A DNA stretch of 64,000 nucleotides from Eukaryota sp. TZLM1-RC (taxonomy: Eukaryota > Protista > Metamonada: BaSk clade): contig JAUPSS010000005.1 in NCBI GenBank assembly GCA_040285825.1, positions 1,550,001 to 1,614,000 on the forward strand, in the 5' to 3' direction. Position 1 is the first letter of the stretch; each line of letters opens with the position of its first letter. The translations under genes were made by a program, and so were the position numbers. Shown here piece by piece: positions 32,581 to 43,704 of this stretch. The notes beneath the pieces were generated by a model. The model was given only the letters and a program-made list of their open reading frames with translations. It searched no databases and was not told the origin of the DNA.

Positions 32581-35500
32581 CTGCCCTTTCTTCTTTTCGA
32601 GCGTCGAGGCCTGATAGGAGTTGGATTAACATTATTGTTAATATTATCAGAACGACGTTTACGGCGTGAAGGACGAGAGCGAGTATTAGAAACAGACTTG
32701 GAGAATTCTTTATAGGCAGAGGTGTTTTGAACAGTCGAAACCAGCTCAGTGGTGATATGATTGCCAGGCCATTGGACTTGACAGTAATCACCATCCTGAC
32801 TGAGGACTTTCTGGATCACGTGCTCTTCTGCATCGCCAGCAGCAACCCAGGAGTGAAATTCATCATCTACTGGTAAACTGGAATGCCATGGTTGGAGGTG
32901 CTTCACACTGGCTTTAACAACCATACCAGTACACAGATTCTTGATGTCAGCTGTGGAGGTAGAGGGTGTGTCAATAACTAAGAATGGTCCTTTGTAGTTA
33001 CCATGTAACTTAGCAGTGGAAGACGAAGCTCGTTTGACCAATTGGCCAGGAAAAAAGGGGTTGGCTTCGATTTGGGAATCACGAGGAGGAGCCTTGGAAG
33101 CTTGACGGAGCTCTGCTTCCTCCTGTTTCTTCTTCAATCTAGCAAATTTAGATTGAATGTCGTTGATATATGTTGACTCAGACGTTGAGCTTTCGAGGGT
33201 CTCTATGATTTTGCCGGGGTCAGCTCTGGGGCTAAAATCTGAACCAAACATGAGCTCGTATGGAGAGTAACCTGTAATCGAACTCTTGGATGAGTTGATT
33301 AACAATTGTACATAGGGTATGTACTCTGACCATGCATCGTAGGCGTTAAAATCTACGAGCAGCTTCCTCAAATTCTGCAAAATGTCATGGTGACGGCGTT
33401 CGACTAAACCGTTGGACTGAGAGAAGTGAGGGACGGACTTTGAGACCTCTATACCCAAAAACTCACATAGAGCGTCGAAGACAGCTTTTGAGAACTCAGG
33501 ACCGTTGTCACTATGGACTATGAACGGGATCCCAAATATCGCACATACCTTCCATATGAGAGCGTCGGCAGTAAGGTTGGCGTTGAGTTCTTTGAGAGGG
33601 ACTATGATAGTGAACCTCGTGAAGCTATCCACAAATACAAGAATGTATCTGTGGCCGTCTTGATCTTCTGGAAGAGGACCAATGACGTCGACGTTAACTC
33701 TTGCGAATGGTCTGTCAGCCCACAAGGAACCAGTTGTAGGGACATGCAGTTTGGGGACTGCTGCTGTCTTCTGACAGGAGGGGCATTCTTGGACGTGCTT
33801 GGTCATGTCTGAAAGCATGTTAGGCCACCAGTAGTCGCTGTTCTTAAGTCTGAGGAGACTTTCTGCCTTACTGGGGTGGCCACCTTGCGGGAGTCCATGT
33901 AGAAGGTTAAGCGTATCCTTAACCAGTGATTGAGGAATCACGATCTTGTGCTCTGGAGTCAGATAAAGATCTAGACGACTATCCAAAGTACAGTTGTTAA
34001 ACGAGGTGTCCTGGTTAGCGAGGGCTCGCTTTTGTTCGGACCTGATTTTGCAGAGCCATGGCTCGAAGAGTGGAAGGTCATTGGAGCATTTATCTTGGAG
34101 GATAAGCACCTTCTCGAATGTATGGAGATCTTCAACGAAGCATCTCTCTGACTCCGTTTCATCAATCCTATTTGTGTAGTAGATAGGGTGAAACTCTTGG
34201 TCGTTGGAATGAACCAGATGGTTGATGGTATGATTGTCTTGGGGCGGTACTATCCTAGATAGCATGTCTGCCCAATGGTTTTCTTCCCCTTTTGTATGAA
34301 CGATGTCGAATAGGAACTCAGAAAAGATGGGAAGCCACCTTCTGACTATTCTGTTTTTGTTCGGAGCGGTAAGCATGTAAGTAAGGTTTTGGTGATCTGT
34401 AAAAATGATCAGGCGCCTTCCTTTGAGGTAGTTCTCGAAGCCACTTTCGGTAAGCATGAGAAGGATAGCGTAAAGCTCTTTCTGTACTGTGGGACAGTTC
34501 TGCTGGGAGTTAGTCAACAATCTGCTGAAGAAGCTGATTGGTCTGCATTTCCTATTGAGTAAGGAAGTACCAGGGTCTTTAGTGGGTTCTATTTGTTCCC
34601 AAATCACGCCGCCAACTGCTATATCAGAGGCATCGCATCTAATTAGTACTTGGTTATCCACCGGAGGTAAGTTTAGAGGCATATGCTCCGCGATCAGGCG
34701 TTTGATTTCGGCTAAATGGTAGTCGTGAGTGTCTTTCCACTGCAGGCGACGTGGTTTGCCGTGTGTTAATTTGATGATCGGGGCAACATGCTTGGTTACC
34801 TGGGGAAGCCATTCCCTAATGAAGTTGACTGAGCCGATAAGGCTACGGGCGTCTTTCACAGTCTTAGGTCTGGGAAGATTCAGTAAAGACTCTGTGCGTG
34901 TAGGATCAATGGTCCTGGTTTTGTGTTGGAATCTGCTACCAAGGATCTTTATTGGGTGTCTAGAGGACACAAAATGGCACTTGGGCAGTCCAAGGCTAAC
35001 TCTACGGGTTCGAGCTTTCTCGAGGACACGTCTTAGGCGTCCGAGGAACTCGTTGAAGGTTCTACCTACTATAATGATGTCATCTATATAGATGAATACA
35101 CCGTCTCCGGAGAAGATGTCTGCCATAACGTTCTGGAAAACTGCAGGAACGTTCTTGAGGCCGAAAGCAGCACGTTTAAACATGATACTTTTGCCAGGGA
35201 TGCTTAAGGCAGTTTTCTCCCAGTCGTTTTCTGCAATGTTTAGTTGCCAAAAGGCTTTGGGGAGGTCAAGAATACCGATGAAATTGGCTTCCGAAAGGAA
35301 GACTAGCACATCGGATATTCTGGGGAGATTAGATTCAACGGGAATAGTGTTGGCGTTTACTCCGTCCTTGCCGCTGTAATCACCAGTAAGGCGAGGCTTA
35401 CGATGATCAGGGTATACCACAAGACATACTGGAGAGCTGAACTCATGGTTCGATGGTACAGCAAATCCAGACTCGACGAGTTCATCGAAGATCTGTTCGG

Positions 35501-38500
35501 CGACTTTCTGCTTCTCGGGGTTTAACCTACGAGGGGGTCGTCTGACTCCAATACTTTCATCATGAAAGTTGATCTCCATTGGAGGACAGTCAATCCCATC
35601 AGCATGCGGCTTAAGGGTGAATGTCTCTTCGAACTCTTTCAAGGTTAGAAGTAAGGTCTTCTTGTCGTTACCACAGTCGAGGTTAATAGTACAACCAGAA
35701 GACTGTATGTGCTCCAACCAACGTCTGGGGACGTTGACGACATCTGAGACTTGGGAGATTCGATGGTCGAATTCAGCCTCAGGCAGAAGTAATGTACGAT
35801 GTTCCTCATCCATCTTGATGAAGAGGCCTTCATCGTTCAATAAGCCTAGGTGATGCAACAGGTCTCTACCAATTAGTAACATATTGTTGCCGGGAATGAT
35901 GGCCAAGCTATGTTTCACATGAACTAATTGGGTTACACTACCGAGTCTGAAGCTCAGTGTGCCTTCTGCTGATCCCAAAGACATCGACATGATGTTGTTT
36001 GCAGACTTAAAGTTTATGCAATGGTTAGTCTTTACCATGTTGCATCTCTCTGCTAAATCAACAGTGATGACTGATATCGAAGCTCCAGAGTCGATGATCC
36101 CTTCTATTTCGCAGTTATTTATTGAAAATTTCAATTTTAAATTTTTGCGTGCGACATCTGAGGTTTGAACCATGAAGATATCGCTGTGGGACTCTGAGTC
36201 TGGGTTCGAGTCGAACTCATGATTGAAACAGGGTTTATTTGGTGTTTCTATCGATGTAGCTGTTTTAAAATTCCGGGTAGTCAAAGGATTAGTTAAACAC
36301 TTAATCCACTGGTTGGAGACTGAGGTTTGTTTTATGTTTGGTGTTTTACGTGCTGGAGAGCTGTCTTGCTCTATAGTAAACAAGGAACATTTGTTTGAAC
36401 GTTGCTTTGATGTATTACCTGTTGGAGAGCTATCTTGCTCTATAGTAAACATTGAATATTTATGGGAACGTTTATTACTACTAGAAGGGCCCTTGCCTCT
36501 TCCTCTACGTCTACCTCTGCCTCTACTACTACTACTACTACCCCTAGCCAAATATGCTCGAACGGCATCTGGGTTGGCATCTCGCCATTGCTTGGATCGC
36601 TGGCAATCAGGGTCGGGACATTCGTTAATAGAGTGGCCTGGAATACCACAGAATCTACAGAGACCAGCTTTATCTCTTTCTTTCTTAATTTGCGACTTGC
36701 TCCTTTTGGTAAGTTGAGCAGGGGCGACGCTGGAACCCGCAGGCTTAAATTTGCCTATTCTTTTCTTGTCCTTTGGGTTTGCTCTAACATAGTGACCCAT
36801 ATGTTGTTGATAGCTGTCACTGATGTTGGCCCTTTGCTCGTCATAGGATCTTGCTGAACACCAACTCATGTATTCAGCAGCAAGGATGTCGACAAATTGT
36901 TGTAAAGTATGGTGTTGCCAAACATTGGGTGTGGACCATACTGTTCTCAGGTTGTCACTGATGGCCTGAATACCAACAGAATCGATCATATGGGTTGCAA
37001 TTTCCCAGTTTTGAATGCGCTGTAGGAAATGTTGACCATACAAGGCACGGTCGCTTGCCCTGACGTGAGAAATGGCGGTACTTCGTGAAACTGTTCTCAT
37101 TAGCCTCACAGTGAAGTCGCCCCAGCGATTCCTAAAGTCCTGAATATTCCAATTCATCTGAACTCTATATAACTGATTCCTCGCCGTTTCTAAAGTACTA
37201 TACTGGCTGAGTTGTAAAATTGATTCCCATATTTGCTCCTCATTAATGTTGTCGATAGCTGAGATACAATAAGACATAGACGAAAACCTGCCTTGAGCTC
37301 TCAGAGCGGCCAAGCACTCTGGAGCAACACAGGAGGCAATCCTACGAGGGTCGACTTGAGCAGCAGCTCTGAATCGGTCCCACTCGTGGAGGGGGTTACC
37401 ATATCTCTGATCGAGAGGGAGGTTCCGGTTTTCTCTGCTTATGGATTGAGGAGTGGCAGAAGGACGAGAACGTTCCTCAAGTTGCCTTCTTAATTCAGAC
37501 ACTTCTCTTGCTAGTCTGACTTGAGTAGGATCAGATTCATTGATGTCTCTCTCTTCAATGGTCCTCTCAGTCCTAGCATACAGAATAAATCTGTCGATGA
37601 ATTTCAAGATCCTTACTGGGTCAGAGATATCGTTGGCTTCCAGGGTGGGTATTCTAGGACGACCACCTCTTTGTCTATCTCTATCTCTATCTTGTGAACT
37701 CGGTATAGCTTCCATCAGTAGAGTGTTGGAATACTGGGGAGCTATGGGAGTGTTAGAAGGAGTTACTCCTAGGAGCCTAGGGTCCTGAGGAACCTGGAAA
37801 GGAGTTGATGGATCCTGAGGTTGGACAACTACAGGTTGTTGCACTGTCTCCACAGTGTCAGTAGTCGCCATCGGCTCATCTTGTTGTTGGTCATCTTGAG
37901 GCTCAATGCTCAAAGATGAGAAAACAGTGTCTGTCTCCACTGGGTCAGGCTCAGAAGTTCTCAACTCTACTGGGTCATGATCACTCGGATAGTAACTTTG
38001 CACATTACCATCGATATTAACCCACAGAAGAGAACTAGAATTGGTGACACCAATGTTCTCCTGTACATTCATCAGGGCATCCCTTAGTGGCCTATTCCTT
38101 CTATGCTCCGGACCAAAATATGACGCGCAATGGTCTGGTCTGCGGTCTTGAAGGTACAATCTTTGGTAGTTCGTAGTGTAAGTGTACCACCATCCAGTCC
38201 TGAAGTCTCTATTGATATAAATATCAAGAGAGGCATTGTATCCAGGGCTAAACCTGGGGAAAGGACATGGGTTACATCGGTTGAGGAAGAGATTCAGCTC
38301 ATTACCAGCGAAGATCCTCTGTACACCTTTACGAGGAGTTCTGAACCCTCCAACAGTATCCCGTTGAGGATAATTTGGAGGAGGGTCACAACGAACCGTA
38401 AGATTGTCTACTTCCTCCGTTGGGAAGTAGGGGCCTATTCTTCTGCGTATCCTAAAGCCGTGATCATTAACCACTTCTGGACCCCAAAATGGGGGTAAAG

Positions 38501-38756
38501 CAGCAATGAGTTCGTTGGGAGGAATCGATGCAGGATCTCCTTGCATTAACTCAATACCAGCATTGAGAACTAAAGTTTGAGCTTCAGTCCTCTGCTGAGT
38601 AGAGATGAAAGGAGAATCTGATTTCTGGGGCTGGCTTGGGGCTTGATAGGTGTTAGGCTGTGCAGCGCTAAGCACCTGCCAAGCAGCAGGAACAGAAGAA
38701 ACAACGTGACCTTGCTGAGGAGTCTGGCCAGAGGTTGGGGGAATATGAATTGCTCT
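32565..38756 (-). CDS. Gag-Pol polyprotein
   Basis: CRFCGIPGHSINEC knuckle, IIDSGAS protease, YIDD RT, CDASD RNase H, HHCC, D-D-E core (VDVIGP, SDNGPEF, VERRH), chromo-like EEHVIQKVL..CQVQWPG. Frame open from 38756; first ATG 38546. Confidence 0.93.
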   Translation of the reverse strand, partial: RAIHIPPTSGQTPQQGHVVSSVPAAWQVLSAAQPNTYQAPSQPQKSDSPFISTQQRTEAQTLVLNAGIELMQGDPASIPPNELIAALPPFWGPEVVNDHGFRIRRRIGPYFPTEEVDNLTVRCDPPPNYPQRDTVGGFRTPRKGVQRIFAGNELNLFLNRCNPCPFPRFSPGYNASLDIYINRDFRTGWWYTYTTNYQRLYLQDRRPDHCASYFGPEHRRNRPLRDALMNVQENIGVTNSSSLLWVNIDGNVQSYYPSDHDPVELRTSEPDPVETDTVFSSLSIEPQDDQQQDEPMATTDTVETVQQPVVVQPQDPSTPFQVPQDPRLLGVTPSNTPIAPQYSNTLLMEAIPSSQDRDRDRQRGGRPRIPTLEANDISDPVRILKFIDRFILYARTERTIEERDINESDPTQVRLAREVSELRRQLEERSRPSATPQSISRENRNLPLDQRYGNPLHEWDRFRAAAQVDPRRIASCVAPECLAALRAQGRFSSMSYCISAIDNINEEQIWESILQLSQYSTLETARNQLYRVQMNWNIQDFRNRWGDFTVRLMRTVSRSTAISHVRASDRALYGQHFLQRIQNWEIATHMIDSVGIQAISDNLRTVWSTPNVWQHHTLQQFVDILAAEYMSWCSARSYDEQRANISDSYQQHMGHYVRANPKDKKRIGKFKPAGSSVAPAQLTKRSKSQIKKERDKAGLCRFCGIPGHSINECPDPDCQRSKQWRDANPDAVRAYLARGSSSSSRGRGRRRGRGKGPSSSNKRSHKYSMFTIEQDSSPTGNTSKQRSNKCSLFTIEQDSSPARKTPNIKQTSVSNQWIKCLTNPLTTRNFKTATSIETPNKPCFNHEFDSNPDSESHSDIFMVQTSDVARKNLKLKFSINNCEIEGIIDSGASISVITVDLAERCNMVKTNHCINFKSANNIMSMSLGSAEGTLSFRLGSVTQLVHVKHSLAIIPGNNMLLIGRDLLHHLGLLNDEGLFIKMDEEHRTLLLPEAEFDHRISQVSDVVNVPRRWLEHIQSSGCTINLDCGNDKKTLLLTLKEFEETFTLKPHADGIDCPPMEINFHDESIGVRRPPRRLNPEKQKVAEQIFDELVESGFAVPSNHEFSSPVCLVVYPDHRKPRLTGDYSGKDGVNANTIPVESNLPRISDVLVFLSEANFIGILDLPKAFWQLNIAENDWEKTALSIPGKSIMFKRAAFGLKNVPAVFQNVMADIFSGDGVFIYIDDIIIVGRTFNEFLGRLRRVLEKARTRRVSLGLPKCHFVSSRHPIKILGSRFQHKTRTIDPTRTESLLNLPRPKTVKDARSLIGSVNFIREWLPQVTKHVAPIIKLTHGKPRRLQWKDTHDYHLAEIKRLIAEHMPLNLPPVDNQVLIRCDASDIAVGGVIWEQIEPTKDPGTSLLNRKCRPISFFSRLLTNSQQNCPTVQKELYAILLMLTESGFENYLKGRRLIIFTDHQNLTYMLTAPNKNRIVRRWLPIFSEFLFDIVHTKGEENHWADMLSRIVPPQDNHTINHLVHSNDQEFHPIYYTNRIDETESERCFVEDLHTFEKVLILQDKCSNDLPLFEPWLCKIRSEQKRALANQDTSFNNCTLDSRLDLYLTPEHKIVIPQSLVKDTLNLLHGLPQGGHPSKAESLLRLKNSDYWWPNMLSDMTKHVQECPSCQKTAAVPKLHVPTTGSLWADRPFARVNVDVIGPLPEDQDGHRYILVFVDSFTRFTIIVPLKELNANLTADALIWKVCAIFGIPFIVHSDNGPEFSKAVFDALCEFLGIEVSKSVPHFSQSNGLVERRHHDILQNLRKLLVDFNAYDAWSEYIPYVQLLINSSKSSITGYSPYELMFGSDFSPRADPGKIIETLESSTSESTYINDIQSKFARLKKKQEEAELRQASKAPPRDSQIEANPFFPGQLVKRASSSTAKLHGNYKGPFLVIDTPSTSTADIKNLCTGMVVKASVKHLQPWHSSLPVDDEFHSWVAAGDAEEHVIQKVLSQDGDYCQVQWPGNHITTELVSTVQNTSAYKEFSKSVSNTRSRPSRRKRRSDNINNNVNPTPIRPRRSKRRKGSVSLG

Positions 38757-39749
38757 TCAAGTAGGAACTCCCGAAGGAGGAACAGATGGAGTTGAATGGA
38801 CTTCTGTAGGAGCTACCGTAGTAGGAGCAGAAGTATTAGGGGGACCTGCTACAGGAACTTCTCGAGAAGGAGTAGTAGGATTAGAGTTACCAGCAGGGAC
38901 TGCAGGAGGAGCTGGTTGTTGCGGAGGGCTGCTTTCCATAGGAACTTCCCTAGAAGGAATGGAAGGAGCTTGTTGTCCTTCCCCAGGAGCTTCCGTAGAA
39001 GAAGTAGAAGGAACTTGCTGTCCTTCCCCAAGAGCTTCCGTAGAAGAAGTGGAAGGAACTTGTTGTCCTTCCCCAGGAGCTTCCGTAGAAGAAGTGGAAG
39101 GAACTTGTTGTCCTTCCCCAAGAGCTTCCGTAGAAGAAGTGGAAGGAGCAACAGGAGCGCAAACAATAGGTGAAGAGGGAGGCACTACCCTCTTGAGCTT
39201 CAACAGCTCAGATATCTTGTTGCTGGCTGAGTCAGTGTCAGTCTGGTTGATGATATACTTCAGATATTCATCTAAAGTACTGAACTGTTCAGGACCTAAA
39301 AGGGAATCTTCAACCTCTCCTTCAGAACCAGGGGGAGGAGAAAGAGGTACAAAGTTTTCCACATTAGAGGGAGGAACAGGAAGACTGATAGGAACCACAG
39401 GAGCATCCGTAGATGGAGTGGGACCTTGACCCGGAGGTAGAGAGGAAGTATCACTTCTCTCGCCACCAGAGGGTTGTTCTGTTCCCAACTGAGGAGTTTG
39501 GGAGGAAGAACTTGAAACATTGGGTTGTGTAACAGGATCTCCGGAGGGAGGAGTTAACACAGGAGGAGGAGAAGCATTGCTTCCCTCGGACCCAGTTGAC
39601 AAGGGTTGTTCTGGTCCCGACTGAGGAGTTCGGGAAGAAGAACTCGAAGGGTGAGACGTAGGAGGATCAGTCCTAACAGTCTCGGAGTTGTCATTGGAAC
39701 CACCCAAAGGTGATCCAATACGTATTGATGATCTGTGGGGGTTAGACAT
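38757..39749 (-). CDS. Pro/Ser-rich upstream ORF, in frame with gag-pol
   Basis: ATG lies within the 5' LTR. Separated from gag-pol by a single TGA. Confidence 0.75.
   Translation of the reverse strand: MSNPHRSSIRIGSPLGGSNDNSETVRTDPPTSHPSSSSSRTPQSGPEQPLSTGSEGSNASPPPVLTPPSGDPVTQPNVSSSSSQTPQLGTEQPSGGERSDTSSLPPGQGPTPSTDAPVVPISLPVPPSNVENFVPLSPPPGSEGEVEDSLLGPEQFSTLDEYLKYIINQTDTDSASNKISELLKLKRVVPPSSPIVCAPVAPSTSSTEALGEGQQVPSTSSTEAPGEGQQVPSTSSTEALGEGQQVPSTSSTEAPGEGQQAPSIPSREVPMESSPPQQPAPPAVPAGNSNPTTPSREVPVAGPPNTSAPTTVAPTEVHSTPSVPPSGVPT
38962..39149. repeat. 45-bp coding tandem repeat x4 (PSTSSTEA[L/P]GEGQQV)
   Basis: Alternating CCAGGA/CCAAGA variants give a 90-bp higher-order unit. Confidence 0.92.
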
Positions 39750-39880
39750 TGAGTATACCTTAAATGTAATTTATTACAAGGGAATGAGGATTTCCCTTAA
39801 CTTAAGCGCATGGGCGCAATAATACAATAACTATTAATAAACTATAAATAAACTATTATAAATATTATCCAAGGCTAACA
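39726..39880 (-). repeat. 5' LTR
   Basis: Identical to 32426-32580; contains AATAAA and the ORF start codon. Confidence 0.95.
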
Positions 39881-40993
39881 GTAAAATGAAAGTTAAATCC
39901 TTCTTCCCTAAATTCATGGTAGTTGGGGAACAAGAGTTACAGTATTGATTTTTTGAAGTCTTTCTGTTTCTCTTTATGGGTATTTCAGTTTGAATAAAAC
40001 TTGTTAAGGCATAGTTTATTTTGGCATTGTTGTGAAACTTTTCAAATAAGGCGTCAAAGGTGAGGTAACGTGATTTTTCAGGCGACGTTGTGGTAACGGT
40101 GACGTCACGTGAAACTCTACTTCTACCCTTTGGGTACGTCGCTGCATTGACAAAATCTTGGTCCTGAATAGAACGGTCCTGTCTCCAAAAACAAGTCAAA
40201 CACTGTGCCTCAATGGTCAGGTCACGCATTTTATTATTTTCTTTTATTTTGGGCAAGTTACAATATTGAATTTTACTCACTTCATCATCTGTTTGTCACC
40301 TTTGAATAACACTTACATCTCGATATCTCTGCCAATGGACAAGAACAATTCACAACAAACATTTAATAGTATAATGTGGATTATTGTAATTTCTACAAGT
40401 TAGATCTATATTTAGTTAAATTTAACTAATCTTGACGACGTTCAGTAGTTGTTATCTGTGGTTGTTGCATCCGCTCTTATGGTTCAAGACCCAGAATACA
40501 GGTAGTTGTAGAGCAAACGAGTGTTGAGGGTTGAATTTCACGCCAATTCAGAGTTCTCATTCATCAATACCAAAATTGAATTGAAATAATTTGGCCTCAG
40601 GGAACCCTTGTTACAATCTGAGAACCATGGTTGGATTCCAAAGTATTTAATTTGTAAAGTCAATTAGAGTATATTTAACATTGTTGAACAAATAATAAAT
40701 ATACTTTGAAAATTCTTTAAAGCAAACTTTCATCACCAAAAATGGGTCATAAACGTATCAAAAATGGGTGAAATGTCAAAAATGAATTATAAATTCAGCA
40801 AAAAATGAAGTTAAATTATATATATTTACACGAAATTAAATACAGAGTAATGAAAAAGTAAGAAAAAAAGAAAAATTAAAACAAATTAAATAGAAAAAAT
40901 TGCAAAAAATGTACAACATCATGAAAAAAACAGAGAGATTACAAAAACTTATCGACTAAAAGTAATCTTAAGTAAATTCATATTAACAATCAA

Positions 40994-41497
40994 TTAATCA
41001 ATAAGCTCTTCAAGTATTGCATTTTTTATACGTTCTCTTCTATGACTTTCAAGAACATCATTGGTAACATTCAACAGACCACTTTTCTCTCCATTGAACA
41101 CCCTCCTTGTCTTTGGTTGGGAGAGGTCATAATCATGATTGGAAGAATGTATATGTTGTTTCGTTCGAGCATTCAAGACGGTTCCCAGATGGTGAAGAGC
41201 ATTGACAATAGATTTGGCACAATCTTTGGAGTGTTGGTACTTTTCAATGCTGAGTTCAATAGATGAAACAGCGGCAATGACAGGAGAATCAATGGGTAGA
41301 GAGGAAGAGGAAGAAGATGCAAGTGGGCCATTACGAAGACTGTCCATCCATCGATTGTTAGTCTTTATGAGTTCACCGGATGAGATGTCTTTCTGATTTT
41401 TGCTACTGGCCGTATGTTGAAGATAACGTGTGTTGCTGTTACTGCGGGGACGATGTGTAGTAGAAGCGTCGTTGAAGGGACTTGTGACAGAAAGCAT
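40994..41497 (-). CDS. Hypothetical protein
   Basis: ORF with higher GC than its AT-rich flanks; no recognised domain. Confidence 0.55.
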   Translation of the reverse strand: MLSVTSPFNDASTTHRPRSNSNTRYLQHTASSKNQKDISSGELIKTNNRWMDSLRNGPLASSSSSSLPIDSPVIAAVSSIELSIEKYQHSKDCAKSIVNALHHLGTVLNARTKQHIHSSNHDYDLSQPKTRRVFNGEKSGLLNVTNDVLESHRRERIKNAILEELID

Positions 41498-42299
41498 TTG
41501 GGCAACCTGAAAACAATATTCTAGTTTAAAAGTGTTCCCTTCAATGGTTTGAATATCATGTGATTTCCAAATATTACTCAGGGGGATTGTTTTGATTTTT
41601 AATACCTCAATCAAATGAAATGACCGATTTAAACCACCGATTTAAAATATTACATCAATGTAATATATAAGTTTTCAAAGTAACTGTGGAGGATATTATT
41701 GTGATGTCTTTCAGACTGATGATAAAACATTTTCAGATGTTCATCTTCGTGCTGAAGTGTATGGTGAAAACAGAAGTTTCTAGGATGTTGAAAAGAAATT
41801 ATGGGGAACAATTGTTCAAAAAAAGGTGAAAATGGTATTAAATTCTGATAAAAGGCTAACCTTAACTGTCTTTCCAGCACTTACATACGTTTGTAACACA
41901 ATTAGTTTGAAATTGCTGTATGAATGTAAGTTCAAAATCATGCACAAGTTCAAAGCACACTTTACACCCGTCCCGCAATGAACATCACAATGACTGCCTT
42001 GACAGTGCAGCAATACATGGCCAGGGACCAATTTAAGATTAATATTTTTAGATTTCAAAATTGTTGTAGTTCATGAATTCTGGATTCAATCTTTTGAATA
42101 GAAAATGCTTTAAATTGAAGTTTTCTTTGAATTTGCCTTTTCAATGGTTGAACCAGTTCGCCTCACTTTTTTTTAATTTATTTATTTGCAAAGAGTGTGG
42201 TGCATGAGGAGAGGCTAATGGTAAAAGGGACACATCAAGTCATCATGGAGTAATTTCATTTAAATTTACTCTTTAAAGTACCCAAGATCCAAATTTCCG

Positions 42300-43283
42300 A
42301 CAGAAATTTGAAAACTTCTGATGTTGCAACAGTGCTCAGTAATTTGTAATGATTGATAGAATGAGTTAGAATAATGGCGTAATCTTCATTAGGTTGTGGA
42401 TGGGTTATTAATAAGAGATTGAGATTACGTGTGTGTCCATCTACACTTCACCATGATATTCAATGTATTTGCAAATTTTACAACACTACTTTTTCCAATT
42501 TGTTCTTTCAACAGTTTCATGAACCAATGATCTCAATCAACAGTGGAAATTTGTGAGATAGTGTGGTTACATTGCCACGTCATGGAGATGATTTGTGCTT
42601 AACTTTAAAGGGGCAAGCAGGAGCTACACGACCTTTCTGGTGACATTTGAAACATGTCCCGTTGGTCAGGTTGCGAGATCTATTGAATGAACGAGACTTC
42701 ATCCCAGGTTGACGCACAGAGTCTATTTCAAAAAAACAGTCTTTGAAGATTTGTTCCAAAAAGCTACTCACGTGCAATCAAGTAGTTCATTTTTTGCGAT
42801 ATTTACCAAAGTAAGAAAGTCGAGGAATACTTCGTCCCGAATTCGAGAACTCAGAGATTTCTGCAATCGTACTGGAAGAATACTCTTGGCGAAACTGAGC
42901 AGGAAGGCCACGTCAGGCAATTTCACTCCGGAAGCCCTGCTTTTCGTTTGAAGAAAACGTTCGCAGCTAGCAGGACATACGTTCACGAAGATCGCCCTCA
43001 CGGACGTCAACTTTCAACTCAGCCAGCGCCAAGTTGAATTCCTCGTACAAGGAAAAGGAGGTGGAGAATTTCAAATAATCCAGAAACACCTCATTGGATG
43101 AATCAACACCAGGTTTTGTGAGAACCAATGATTCCAATGAGAAGGGATCAACAAGGTCCTTATCGGTGTAACAGATGAATAAACCTTCCACTGATTCAGG
43201 AACAACAGAACATCATCCAATTCCATCGAAGCAAGAAATGATAGTCCTATGTGTATAAAAACATCTGCAATGAGGGGCATCAA
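42300..43283 (-). mobile_element. Decayed LTR-retrotransposon gag (and possible protease) remnant
   Basis: Frameshifted pieces ending in GTCFKCHQKGRVAPAC, a degenerate CCHC knuckle. Confidence 0.55.
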
Positions 43284-43704
43284 TTATTGATGCCGTTAGG
43301 CAGAAATACCAAAAGAAGTAAAGACAGAAATAGAGCATTTATTAGTAAAGATATCTGTTCTTGAACAAGTGCTACGTCCATCACATAAAATCCTCAATTG
43401 TATTTTCAGTATAAAAACGATTTGTGTTAAGTCTCTCTGGTTTTGAACAAAACATCTTTGTTCTACAATTGACATTTTAGTTCGTTCAATTCCTCCAAAT
43501 TTGACCACTCACTATGTCAAACAGCATTTGACTAATAGAAATCAATTTTGGGTTCAATACTGAACATCAATAATGTTGATGATATTCTCATTCAAGCTTT
43601 TAGATCGCATAAACAAGGTTTTAGTGGTCTAACACGTTCAAACATATTGATGTGGTTTATGATTTATGAATTGAATTAATAAAATCCGAAATTGTTGCAT
43701 TATA

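Larger units (their letters stand above)
32426..39880 (-). mobile_element. Full-length Ty3/Gypsy LTR retrotransposon with a chromodomain-like integrase tail
   Basis: Identical 155-bp TG..CA LTRs at 32426-32580 and 39726-39880. 4-bp TSD GTAA at 32422-32425 and 39881-39884. PPT at 32584-32598. Domain order PR-RT-RH-IN. Confidence 0.96.

Noticed and set aside
8680-38759. Alternative genetic code suggested by in-frame TAG/TAA/TGA in several elements
   Set aside because: Host genes end in TAA, TAG and TGA and use TGG for Trp; the in-frame stops are essentially confined to mobile or decayed sequences.
38962-39149. CRISPR-like repeat array
   Set aside because: Head-to-tail coding repeats without spacers; the same applies to 29257-29376 and the GAGTC arrays.
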